The position numbers and the translations under genes are program-made. Shown here one piece after another: positions 56,161-64,000 of a stretch of DNA of 64,000 bases. Source of the stretch: Methanobacteriota archaeon (lineage in GTDB: Archaea > Thermoplasmatota > Poseidoniia > Poseidoniales > Thalassarchaeaceae); contig PBMR01000015.1 of assembly GCA_002722735.1 (NCBI GenBank), positions 33,673-97,672 of the forward strand. The letters are read 5' to 3'. Under the pieces are notes generated by a model. It ran no database searches. It worked only from the letters and a program-made list of their open reading frames with translations, and had not been told where the DNA came from. Numbering within the stretch: the first letter of the stretch is position 1; each line of letters starts with the position of its first letter.

Positions 56161-57173
56161 AGAAAGTGGTCTATCCCAAGATCGGAGGTCCTGACTCCAT
56201 CGAGATCGTAGAGGCGAAAGACCCAGTGGCTGGGCCCGGAGAGGTTCGTGTCAGGGTCCACAGGGCGGGAATCAACTTCGCAGACCTCATGATGCGCCAA
56301 GGCCTGTACGGTTCCGCACCAGACTTCCCCTTCACCCCCGGGTACGAGGCCTCTGGGGAGGTTCTGGATGTGGGGTCAGGCGTCGAGAGGGTAGCCAAAG
56401 GGGATCGGGTAATCGCCATGACCGGGTTTGGGGGGTATGCCGAGAAGATCGTGGTCACCGATGACCGAATAGTCAAGTTGTCCGATTCCATCAGCTTCGA
56501 CAAGGGTGCGGCCATTCCCGTGGCCTACGGGACCGCCTATCACATGCTCGTCCACCTCGGAAGCCTGTGCCAAGGCGACTCCGTGCTGGTGCACCACGCC
56601 GCGGGTGGAGTTGGCACCGCTGCCGCGCAAATCTGTACCGCCTTTGGTGCCTCACTGGTTTTCGGGACTGCATCGGGGCCCAAGCAAGAATTCGTGGAGT
56701 CGATGGGGATGCGCTTCATCGATAGGGAGAGAGAGGACTTCGTCGAGGTGTGCAAGCGCATGACCGATGGAGAGGGCGTCCACCAAGCCATCGACCCCGT
56801 AGGTGGTAAGCACCTAATGAGGTCTTACAGGGCACTGCGAAACGGTGGGAGGCTGCACGTCTTCGGTGCATCCTCTGCGGTTCCCGGGGAGCGTCGCTCG
56901 CTGCTCGCTGCGATGAGGATGTGGCGGAGCACACCGCGCTTTAATCCGCTGAAGATGATGAATTCCAACAAGGCGGTCTTCGGAGTTCACATGGGACGTC
57001 TCAAGGACGAACAGGTCTTCAGGGACCACCTCGAGTCCCTATCCAAAATGCTTCTGAAGGGGCAGATAGATCCTGTAATCGACTCGGTCTGGCGCTTCGA
57101 GCAAGTCGCTGACGCCCAACGACACATGCATGACCGCAAAAACCGGGGTAAAGTCCTACTCGACTTCTCGTGA
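56157..57173 (+). CDS. NADPH:quinone oxidoreductase / zinc-free MDR-family alcohol-dehydrogenase-like protein
   Basis: MDR fold: GEVRVRVHRAGINFADL, Rossmann HHAAGGVGTAAAQI, about 338 aa. ATGA overlap with the ferredoxin stop. Confidence 0.75.
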   Translation: MKKVVYPKIGGPDSIEIVEAKDPVAGPGEVRVRVHRAGINFADLMMRQGLYGSAPDFPFTPGYEASGEVLDVGSGVERVAKGDRVIAMTGFGGYAEKIVVTDDRIVKLSDSISFDKGAAIPVAYGTAYHMLVHLGSLCQGDSVLVHHAAGGVGTAAAQICTAFGASLVFGTASGPKQEFVESMGMRFIDREREDFVEVCKRMTDGEGVHQAIDPVGGKHLMRSYRALRNGGRLHVFGASSAVPGERRSLLAAMRMWRSTPRFNPLKMMNSNKAVFGVHMGRLKDEQVFRDHLESLSKMLLKGQIDPVIDSVWRFEQVADAQRHMHDRKNRGKVLLDFS

Positions 57174-57503
57174 TCACAGCCCCTCTGGAACGACCATTGT
57201 GAGAACCTCACCATTACAGGCGAATTCAATGTCATCGGGGATACTGATTCCCCCAGCACCCCAGGAAGCACTGACGGCCTCTCCAATCACTCCGTAATGA
57301 TCAGACTCGATCACCGCATTCATCGTTTCCAGATCAGGCCATATGGTGCCCGCGATTATTCTCTCGTCATCTGCGACCAATGCCCCCCTCAAACATCCAT
57401 TCTGCATAGCGAATTCGAGGAAGTTGTCCTTCCAGGATGTCACCATTTCTTCTGTCACTTCATTACCACCGGTCTTGACGACCCAGTACCTTGCTATTGG
57501 CAT
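57174..57503 (-). CDS. Hypothetical small protein (109 aa)
   Basis: ATG-initiated ORF abutting the quinone oxidoreductase stop. No motif recognised. Confidence 0.35.
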   Translation of the reverse strand: MPIARYWVVKTGGNEVTEEMVTSWKDNFLEFAMQNGCLRGALVADDERIIAGTIWPDLETMNAVIESDHYGVIGEAVSASWGAGGISIPDDIEFACNGEVLTMVVPEGL

Positions 57504-57573
57504 GAATGGGCCTGAGAATAAATTCGTATAACCATTCCCTATGGATTGCTAATCGAGGAAAAATGGGTCTCGA

Positions 57574-57990
57574 TTAGAGTCGTACAGGACGGGTCGCGCC
57601 ACAGGCTTGGCACTTCAGTTGGGTTGTGCGGTCCTCCCTGACGAACCTAGTGTCCGGGGCTTTGCACTCGCCGCACAGGATGAAGGTCTTGACATATGAG
57701 ACGATCTTCTCCTTAATCCGCTTAGGGGGGATGCGTCCCTTCAGCATGATGCGTACCTGTTCCCGACTGCCTGAGGTCCCAAGCTCGTTCAACAGGAACT
57801 GGAATACGTGGTTGGAGTCCCTGTCCATCGCATCGACAATATCAGAGAAGTTCCTCAGGATGGTCTGACTGCCTTCAATCATGATATCAGGCTCTGGCAT
57901 GGTCCAGCGAGAGCGCTCGCTAATGTCCTTGGGAATGCGTTCTCTGGCTCGGTCCAGCAGCGCCTCGTAGTCGGGGGTGCTCACGGCCAT
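57574..57990 (-). CDS. eif2b: Translation initiation factor 2 beta subunit (aIF2-beta)
   Basis: C-terminal zinc ribbon CGECKAPDTRFVREDRTTQLKCQACGATRPV typical of e/aIF2-beta. The start is placed at the internal ATG, giving about 139 aa. The 244-aa track ORF is an upstream in-frame extension. Confidence 0.75.
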   Translation of the reverse strand: MAVSTPDYEALLDRARERIPKDISERSRWTMPEPDIMIEGSQTILRNFSDIVDAMDRDSNHVFQFLLNELGTSGSREQVRIMLKGRIPPKRIKEKIVSYVKTFILCGECKAPDTRFVREDRTTQLKCQACGATRPVRL

Positions 57991-58074
57991 GCGACCGGAG
58001 GGGCCCTTTTCACCCCACCGGGCGCGAGAGAGTCCTTGCCAACGGTCAAGGACCGCTTCAGTGCCCAACGACAC

Positions 58075-58524
58075 GTGAGTGAGCCGCTTGAGGTCAAGGT
58101 CGCGCGGACCCATCCGGACGCGCGGATGCCGACCAAGGGAAGCGTGCATGCAGCAGGCTGGGACCTGTACTCGCTCGAGGATACCGAGGTCCCCTTCCGA
58201 GCTAGCGTCAGGCTGCGGACAGGTTTGCACGTTGCAATACCAGTCGGCTACGAGGGACAGGTTAGGGCTCGCTCTTCTCTCGGCTCGAAGGGGCTCATCC
58301 TGCCTCACAGCGTCGGTACGATTGACGCGGACTACAGGGGTGAGCTGTTCGTCCTCGTGACCTGGATTGGAGAAGGCAACTCTTACGTGGTCGAGGCGGG
58401 AGAGAGGATTGCCCAGTTGCTGATTACCCCCATACCGAAGTCAGCATTCACCGAGGTGAGTCTCGAGGAGCTGGGGGAAACTGCGCGCGGAAAGGGGGGA
58501 TTCGGTAGCACCGGACGCTTCTGA
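58075..58524 (+). CDS. dut: dUTP diphosphatase (trimeric dUTPase)
   Basis: Motifs AAGWDL, RSSLGSKGLIL, GTIDADYRGEL, GERIAQLLI, RGKGGFGSTG. Start taken at in-frame GTG 58075 (150 aa); the ATG at 58126 is an alternative. Confidence 0.75.
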   Translation: MSEPLEVKVARTHPDARMPTKGSVHAAGWDLYSLEDTEVPFRASVRLRTGLHVAIPVGYEGQVRARSSLGSKGLILPHSVGTIDADYRGELFVLVTWIGEGNSYVVEAGERIAQLLITPIPKSAFTEVSLEELGETARGKGGFGSTGRF

Positions 58525-58591
58525 GTCGTCGCTATAGCCCATAATCCCACAGATTACCCCCGGTGGATTCATAGCATCGCATCGTTGGGGA

Positions 58592-59179
58592 ATGGTGATG
58601 CAGTTGAGCGTTGACGAACTCAGGGCCAAGGTCGAGGAGTTTCGTTCCAGTGGGCTTAGCACCCAACAGATCGCCGACGAGCTTTCGCTGTCCCAGACCA
58701 CCATCCAGTGGCTATCGACCAGTGACTTCGTAATCGAGGACAAGCCATCGGACGTCAAGGTGGGATGGAGATCCATCGCTGTGAAGGGTGAGCGGATTGA
58801 AGCGGCGGCATTCATTTTCTGCGACATCATAGAGGAGATGGTCGGGGATGAAATCGACACCATAGTGGGAGTCAGCATCAACGGCATCGCCTTCGCCCAG
58901 TCAATCTCCTCCCAACTGAGCCTCGAACTCTCCGTAGTCAGGAGCATCAGCGAGGACCGCAGTGGCCACCTCTCGGAGGTCTATGCCGGTATAGCCGGCA
59001 AGCGCGTCGTGGTCGTCGACGACGTTTTCTCAACAGGCACCACCATGAGGAAGACCGCTACCAGTCTGAAGGAGGCTGGGGCGGACGTCAGGCTCTGCTT
59101 GGTGCTTGTGAACAAGTCTTGGACTGATGACGTCGATGGCGTTCCACTTCGATCCCTAGTCAGAGCGGCGACAGTCTGA
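58592..59179 (+). CDS. PyrE-like type-I phosphoribosyltransferase-domain protein with N-terminal HTH (GfcR-like transcription regulator)
   Basis: N-terminal HTH (LSTQQIADELSLSQTTIQWL) plus PRPP-binding loop VVVVDDVFSTGTTM. Confidence 0.6.
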   Translation: MVMQLSVDELRAKVEEFRSSGLSTQQIADELSLSQTTIQWLSTSDFVIEDKPSDVKVGWRSIAVKGERIEAAAFIFCDIIEEMVGDEIDTIVGVSINGIAFAQSISSQLSLELSVVRSISEDRSGHLSEVYAGIAGKRVVVVDDVFSTGTTMRKTATSLKEAGADVRLCLVLVNKSWTDDVDGVPLRSLVRAATV

Positions 59180-59188
59180 GGCGTGGTC

Positions 59189-60766
59189 ATGCACTGGGCG
59201 GATTACACCGCGCAGAGACTGAGTGGACGTGGCGGGGCTCAGGTCGCAGCCTCGGGCATCACGCCTTCGGGTCAATTCCATATCGGGCACCTTCGCGAAA
59301 TCCTAACTGCTGAGATGATCCACAGGGCCTGCCTAGACGCTGGTCTAGATTCACGCTACCTCTTCATCGTCGACTCCATGGACCCGTTGCGCAGGGTCTA
59401 CGACTTCCTCTCCTCGGACTACGGACGGTACATTGGTCACCCGTTGGCCTACGTGCCCGCACCGGGCCCCGATGGCGAGCTCGGTGACGGCACCACCAGC
59501 TATGCAGAGCACTTCCTAGCCCCATTTATCGATGCCCTGAGGACCATTGGCGTGAAGCCAGAGGTCGTGATGAACCACGAGGCGTACCAAAGCGGTGCCT
59601 TCGCCCATAGCATAGACCTCGCCATCCAACACAAGGAGGAAATCAGGGAGCTGATAGAGGAAATCTCCGGCAGGGAGGTCCCAGAGGGGTGGTTTCCCTA
59701 CAACCCCATCGGCTCCGATGGCAGCCTCGACGGGGTGAGGGTAACTGGTTACGAGCACCCTCGGGTGCATTGGGTGGACGGTCACGGCGTTGAGGGATCC
59801 TCGGATATTCGCAAGGGCGAGGGGAAGCTCCCTTGGAGAATCGACTGGGCAGCCAGGTGGGGTATCCACGGTATCACCTGCGAGCCCGCAGGCAAGGACC
59901 ACGGTGCTGCAGGCGGCAGCTTCGACACGGGGATTCCAATCAGTCACCTGCTCGGGGGAGACCCTCCTGAGAAGATGGTATACGAGTGGATCCAACTAAA
60001 GGGGATGGGTCCGATGTCTAGTTCCGCGGGACTCACTATCGGCCCGATGGAGGCACTTGACCTAGTGCCACCCGAGATTCTACGCTACGTGATAGCACGC
60101 AGTAAGGTGAACCGTCACATCGACTTCGACACAGGGGCCGCTCTTTTTGAGACCGCTGACGAGTACGAGAGGCTGGTCGCAAACCCCCCCTCGAGCAGCG
60201 AAGAGGATATGAGCAAGCGACAGCGAGTGGCCATGGAGACCCAACTAGGAGCCGTCCGCCTGAGTCAGGTCGAGATTGGGGGCGATCCGACGGACTCGGT
60301 TGGGGGCGTCTCCTTTCGCCATCTCGCAATGCTCGCACAGATCAAAACTACCGATGAGGGAGTCTGGGAATCCCTCCAACGCTCGGGACATCTCGAGGGC
60401 GAGCCCAGCCAGACTCTCTCCGGCAGGCTCGCTCGAATGCGTACTTGGATTGATGGACCGCACTTCCCCGAGGGGGCTAGGATTGTCATCCAGACCGAAG
60501 TAGGAGACGAGGCGCGTGCGAACCTGAGTGACGAGCATAGGGGCTTCCTCTCCGAGCTAGCAGGAGCCATCTCCGACAGCGAATGGAGCAATATGGCGAT
60601 CGACGACTGCATCAGGGGGGTCTCGGACGAGGCTGGAATCGCCAAGCGACAGGCGTATGTTGCTCTATACTGGGTTCTGCTCGACAGGAGCCATGGCCCA
60701 AGGGTTGCCTCGATAGTCGCTGAGATGGACAGGGGTGACTTCCTCGCCCTGCTCGAAGATGCATAG
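59189..60766 (+). CDS. lysK: Lysyl-tRNA synthetase, class I (archaeal LysK)
   Basis: MHWADY... N-terminus and GITPSGQFHIGHLRE are conserved in class I LysRS. A KMSKS-like loop (MSSSAG) is present; about 525 aa. Confidence 0.8.
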   Translation: MHWADYTAQRLSGRGGAQVAASGITPSGQFHIGHLREILTAEMIHRACLDAGLDSRYLFIVDSMDPLRRVYDFLSSDYGRYIGHPLAYVPAPGPDGELGDGTTSYAEHFLAPFIDALRTIGVKPEVVMNHEAYQSGAFAHSIDLAIQHKEEIRELIEEISGREVPEGWFPYNPIGSDGSLDGVRVTGYEHPRVHWVDGHGVEGSSDIRKGEGKLPWRIDWAARWGIHGITCEPAGKDHGAAGGSFDTGIPISHLLGGDPPEKMVYEWIQLKGMGPMSSSAGLTIGPMEALDLVPPEILRYVIARSKVNRHIDFDTGAALFETADEYERLVANPPSSSEEDMSKRQRVAMETQLGAVRLSQVEIGGDPTDSVGGVSFRHLAMLAQIKTTDEGVWESLQRSGHLEGEPSQTLSGRLARMRTWIDGPHFPEGARIVIQTEVGDEARANLSDEHRGFLSELAGAISDSEWSNMAIDDCIRGVSDEAGIAKRQAYVALYWVLLDRSHGPRVASIVAEMDRGDFLALLEDA

Positions 60767-60916
60767 CCGATGCAGGGAGGGGCAATCCATTACCGAAGTG
60801 AGTCAATGCCCAGTCAATCGAAAAATCTCCCTGACATCGATAGTTTTCCAGAGTCGTGATTTGTGACATTGGGAGGTCGAAAATAAATTGGGGCCCACTG
60901 GTGGGGGGTGTGCCCC

Positions 60917-62695
60917 CTACTGCTCCCAGCCCTTAACCTCGTAGTAGTCCTCGACCAATCGATCGATGTCGATGATCGTGCCCTTGGAAGGGCCGTCGGG
61001 GATCGGCTTGCCGACGAAGCGCTCGGGCAGGGTGTCATCCTCCCGAGTCAGCCCTTCCCGCAGGTTGAACTCCCTCTCGACCTGGCTTACGTGGGAGCAT
61101 ACCAACCACAGGTCTTGGGCTGTAATCTCCTTACCAAGCAGGCCCGAATAGGCCTCCGCTGCGAGATCGAAGTCTATCACATCCATTGAGCAGGAGATGT
61201 TCTTGCAGACAGTCATGCTGTCCGAGAGGAGGCCCAAGTGCTCTGCATAGTTCACCAAGGCACCCTTCCCCTCCTCCTTTAGGCGGTGGGCGGCGTCGCG
61301 GTTGCCGATGCGACGAAGTGCCAACTCCTCGTCACCGGTGAGCTCGATGGTCGGCTCACCTCGATAGTGGTCGCCACCACGTGAGTTCACGGCATTCATC
61401 AGCCCGAATCCCTTGATCCCTCGTGGGTCCGCAGAGAAGAGTTCGAGCCCCTTGACCTCGGCGGTGAGCTTTCTGGCCTCAGTACCAAACTTCTGGGCTG
61501 CTATCTTCGTCCCCTCGGCAAGAAGGTCGCCGATCCCCTCCCTGTAAGCTATCATCTCGGGCAATTTGAGGAGGGCTTCCTTGGAGCCCCACGAGAGGTC
61601 GATGCCATCGCAGTCATCATCTGTGATGATTCCCTCGTGCTTGCATTCCATGAGCCATGCCATGACCTCGCCCGAGCTGATGCAGTCCAATCCCAACCGA
61701 TTCACCAGATTGGAGACGTGGACTGCCAGCTCAAGGTCAGTGCACCCACACTTCACGGTGAATGCGGCTTGGGCCTCGTACTCTGGGCCCTCCCCCTCGC
61801 TATAGCTGGTGTAGTTGTAGCGTGAGCAGTAGACAGTGCAGTTGTAGCACGACTTGGGCTTGACCATGTGGTCTCGACGGAGAGCCCTAGAACCAACCTC
61901 CTCCAATCCCTCGAAGAGGGTACTACGATAGTGGTAGGCCGGTAGAACCCCCATGTCAGACAGGGACTCCATGATCCGCGTAGTCCCGTAGAGGCGCCGG
62001 GATTCGAACTGCCGATGACCCTCGATTGCCCCCATGAGGTCGTCGCATGCCTTGTCGAAGCGGGCGGGGTCCACCGGGATGACTGGCTTGCTGCCGCGGA
62101 CGGCGATGGCCTTGAGCTTCTTGGAGCCCATGACAGCACCCATTCCTGTGCGGCCGCAGGCACGCGCCAAGTTGCATGAGATGATAGCGTACTTGACCAG
62201 ATTCTCACCTGCGGGGCCGATGGTGGCTACCTGCAGGTCGGGGTCGCCATGATCGTCGATTAGCTGCAGGGTCGTTTCGGTAATGTCCATTCCAGCGAGG
62301 TGGGACGCATCCCGGAGCTCAATCTGGTCACCGTTGACGTAGAGGTAGACCCAACTCTCAGACGCGCCCGAGAACACGATTTGGTCTATGCCGGCCCAGC
62401 GTAACTCGGCAGCGAAGAATCCCCTTGCCCCCGAGTCACCCAGAAAGCCAGTCAGGGGGCTCTTGGCACTGGCGATGAAGCGGCATGTGGCCTGGAGCTT
62501 GCTTCCAGTCAGGGGGCCGACTGAGATGCAGAGGAGGTTCTCGGGACCCAATGGGTCGATGCCTGCATCCAACTCCCGGAGAAGGGTGACGCTGTTCCAC
62601 GTCCGGCCTCCGATGCCGTTCTCCGGAGTTTTGTCCCAGTGAAAGCTTCCTTCGGTGAGGTCGACCCTCAACGCATTTCCTTGGTAGATGCTCAT
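60917..62695 (-). CDS. aor: Aldehyde:ferredoxin oxidoreductase (tungstopterin AOR family)
   Basis: MSIYQGNALRVDLTEG..., ISVGPLTG, and the C-terminal AOR domains. Start placed at the ATG right after the upstream ferredoxin stop. Confidence 0.85.
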   Translation of the reverse strand: MSIYQGNALRVDLTEGSFHWDKTPENGIGGRTWNSVTLLRELDAGIDPLGPENLLCISVGPLTGSKLQATCRFIASAKSPLTGFLGDSGARGFFAAELRWAGIDQIVFSGASESWVYLYVNGDQIELRDASHLAGMDITETTLQLIDDHGDPDLQVATIGPAGENLVKYAIISCNLARACGRTGMGAVMGSKKLKAIAVRGSKPVIPVDPARFDKACDDLMGAIEGHRQFESRRLYGTTRIMESLSDMGVLPAYHYRSTLFEGLEEVGSRALRRDHMVKPKSCYNCTVYCSRYNYTSYSEGEGPEYEAQAAFTVKCGCTDLELAVHVSNLVNRLGLDCISSGEVMAWLMECKHEGIITDDDCDGIDLSWGSKEALLKLPEMIAYREGIGDLLAEGTKIAAQKFGTEARKLTAEVKGLELFSADPRGIKGFGLMNAVNSRGGDHYRGEPTIELTGDEELALRRIGNRDAAHRLKEEGKGALVNYAEHLGLLSDSMTVCKNISCSMDVIDFDLAAEAYSGLLGKEITAQDLWLVCSHVSQVEREFNLREGLTREDDTLPERFVGKPIPDGPSKGTIIDIDRLVEDYYEVKGWEQ

Positions 62696-63210
62696 CCGTC
62701 CACCCTCACTCCCGAAGCCCATCCCTCTCTGATAGGTTCGGACTCGATGGTCGCGTAGTTAGCTCGTTTCTGCCCTGGCTTGCCATCAAAGCCCATGAAT
62801 GCCCTCAAGGAGATCTCTACGTCCTCGGTGTTCGATAGGGCCCCAGTCGGGCAGACCTCGACACAAGCGGGGGGCCCGTCACCACAGAGATCACAGAACA
62901 GGGGCAGGTCGTCGTGATAGCCGACGGCCCCCACGGGACACGCCTCATAACAGGCTCTGCAATTGATGCAATCATCCTCTTCCAATACAATCTCCCCCCT
63001 GGATCCCACTGAGAGGGCTAGAGTCGGACACTCAAGGCACGGCTTCTCCAAGCAACTCAGGCAAGCGATGGCCAGATCTATCCCCGACCCCTCCATCTTC
63101 GCCACACGGATGCGTGACAACTCAGAGGAAACACCGACATAATGCCCCGCACTGCAGGACACTTCGCACATCCTGCAGCCCACACAGAGACCGATGTCAC
63201 AACGTATCAC
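62692..63210 (-). CDS. 4Fe-4S dicluster ferredoxin-type protein (AOR-associated electron carrier)
   Basis: Multiple CxxCxxC...CP motifs (CVGCRMCEVSC, CLSCLEKPCLECP, CINCRACYEACP, CDLCGDGPPACVEVCP). GTG start. Confidence 0.7.
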   Translation of the reverse strand: MIRCDIGLCVGCRMCEVSCSAGHYVGVSSELSRIRVAKMEGSGIDLAIACLSCLEKPCLECPTLALSVGSRGEIVLEEDDCINCRACYEACPVGAVGYHDDLPLFCDLCGDGPPACVEVCPTGALSNTEDVEISLRAFMGFDGKPGQKRANYATIESEPIREGWASGVRVDG

Positions 63211-63252
63211 AAGTCCACCTCGTCCACCCCTTTTCCGGCTACGCGTACCGCC

Positions 63253-64000
63253 TCAAGCATCGACGGGGGGCAACTTTCTCTGGGCGGCTTCGATGAGCTC
63301 ACCGGGGTACTCGTAGTTGCTGAGCTTCCCCCCATTGAAGTCGATATAGGCCTGGACGTCGAAGTGCCCGTGGCCGGACAGGTTGAACAGGATAGTCTTC
63401 TCCTCACCGGTACGAGCGCATTCCATTGCCTCAGTCATCGCAATTGCAACGGCATGAGCCGTTTCGGGAGCCGGTAGGATCCCCTCCGCGCGAGTGAACT
63501 GCTGAGCTAGCTCGAACGTGTCCACCTGGGGTATGGAGGTGGCCTCTATGCATCCCAATTCCAGAAGGTGGCTGACCATGGGGGACATCCCGTGGTACCT
63601 GAGGCCCCCCGCATGGAGGGGCGGCGGAATGAATGAGGAGCCGAGCGTATGCATCTTGGTGAGGGGGGTCATCATTCCGGTATCCCCGAAATCGAACGCA
63701 TAGGTTCCTCTGGTCATTGACGGGCATGCGGCGGGCTCGACTGCAATCACTCGGACATCCCCTTCCCCGCGCAGCATCTTGCCGATGAATGGGAAGGCGA
63801 TGCCAGCGAAGTTGGAACCCCCTCCGGCACAACCTATGACTATGTCCGGGTAGTCCCCTGCCATCTTCATCTGCTCGATACACTCCAAGCCGATGATTGA
63901 CTGATGAGTCATGACGTGGTTCAGCACGCTTCCGAGGCAGTACTTCGTGTCCGGATCAGTCGCAGCCTGCTCGACTGCTTCGGAGATGGCCATGCCGAGT
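63253..64000 (-). CDS. trpB: Tryptophan synthase beta-chain-like PLP enzyme (TrpB family), C-terminal part; gene start lies beyond the window end
   Basis: VIGCAGGGSNFAGIAFPF (PLP phosphate-binding loop) and LSGHGHFD. The ORF remains open to position 64000. Confidence 0.7.
   Translation of the reverse strand, partial: LGMAISEAVEQAATDPDTKYCLGSVLNHVMTHQSIIGLECIEQMKMAGDYPDIVIGCAGGGSNFAGIAFPFIGKMLRGEGDVRVIAVEPAACPSMTRGTYAFDFGDTGMMTPLTKMHTLGSSFIPPPLHAGGLRYHGMSPMVSHLLELGCIEATSIPQVDTFELAQQFTRAEGILPAPETAHAVAIAMTEAMECARTGEEKTILFNLSGHGHFDVQAYIDFNGGKLSNYEYPGELIEAAQRKLPPVDA

Noticed and set aside
57574-58308. Full-length 244-aa version of the aIF2-beta ORF
   Set aside because: Archaeal aIF2-beta is about 140 aa. 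The upstream extension is Arg/Pro-rich and overlaps the dut 5-prime region on the opposite strand. I used the internal ATG.
60890-60917. GC hairpin GGGGG-tgtg-CCCCC overlapping the AOR stop codon, as a terminator
   Set aside because: It is a short 5-bp stem directly overlapping the coding end, with no adjacent T-tract. That is insufficient to call a terminator.

Overview
This 64-kb window comes from a high-GC archaeal chromosome, and three architectures in it stand out: an oligosaccharyltransferase enlarged roughly threefold, a ~2,800-residue surface transglutaminase joined through a TM helix to a cytoplasmic DUF4129-like tail, and an N-terminal-SAP plus TM plus M28-peptidase fusion. The evidence for an archaeon is the presence of aRF1, aIF2-beta, class I LysRS, an AglB/STT3 oligosaccharyltransferase, a NOG1-type GTPase and an XPD helicase. 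The lineage looks euryarchaeal and resembles Marine Group II/Poseidoniales or Thermoplasmata-type gene content, but I cannot confirm that without database searches. The window has two parts. Positions 1 to about 37,000 form a cell-envelope island. It holds two giant genes: one of 9.5 kb that encodes an AglB fused to extra membrane and beta-sandwich regions (3,160 aa), and one of 8.9 kb that encodes a transglutaminase-like surface protein (2,982 aa) with TSP3-type Ca-binding repeats and a C-terminal TM plus DUF4129-like tail. Around them lie a membrane-anchored subtilisin, several secreted proteins with C-terminal anchors, a CdsA/CarS-like CTP-transferase, purD, gdhA, an HD hydrolase, an RHH regulator, a receiver/ATP-grasp (PPDK_N) protein, an XPD helicase and Hsp20. 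A tRNA-Leu(UAA) closes the island on the right. Positions 37,000 to 64,000 are conserved housekeeping genes: a FolB-like/pteridine-reductase-like pair; a lipA, BCKDH-type E1alpha/E1beta/E2/E3, lipB operon followed by a class-V aminotransferase and ubiX; a SAP-M28 peptidase; argS; aRF1; UMP kinase; a NOG1 GTPase; a ferredoxin plus quinone oxidoreductase; aIF2-beta; dut; a GfcR-like PRTase regulator; class I lysK; tungsten-type AOR with its 4Fe-4S ferredoxin; and a partial trpB-like gene. I saw no CRISPR array, transposase or integrase. Start codons in the ORF track include GTG/TTG, so several starts below were moved to internal ATGs by residue counting.
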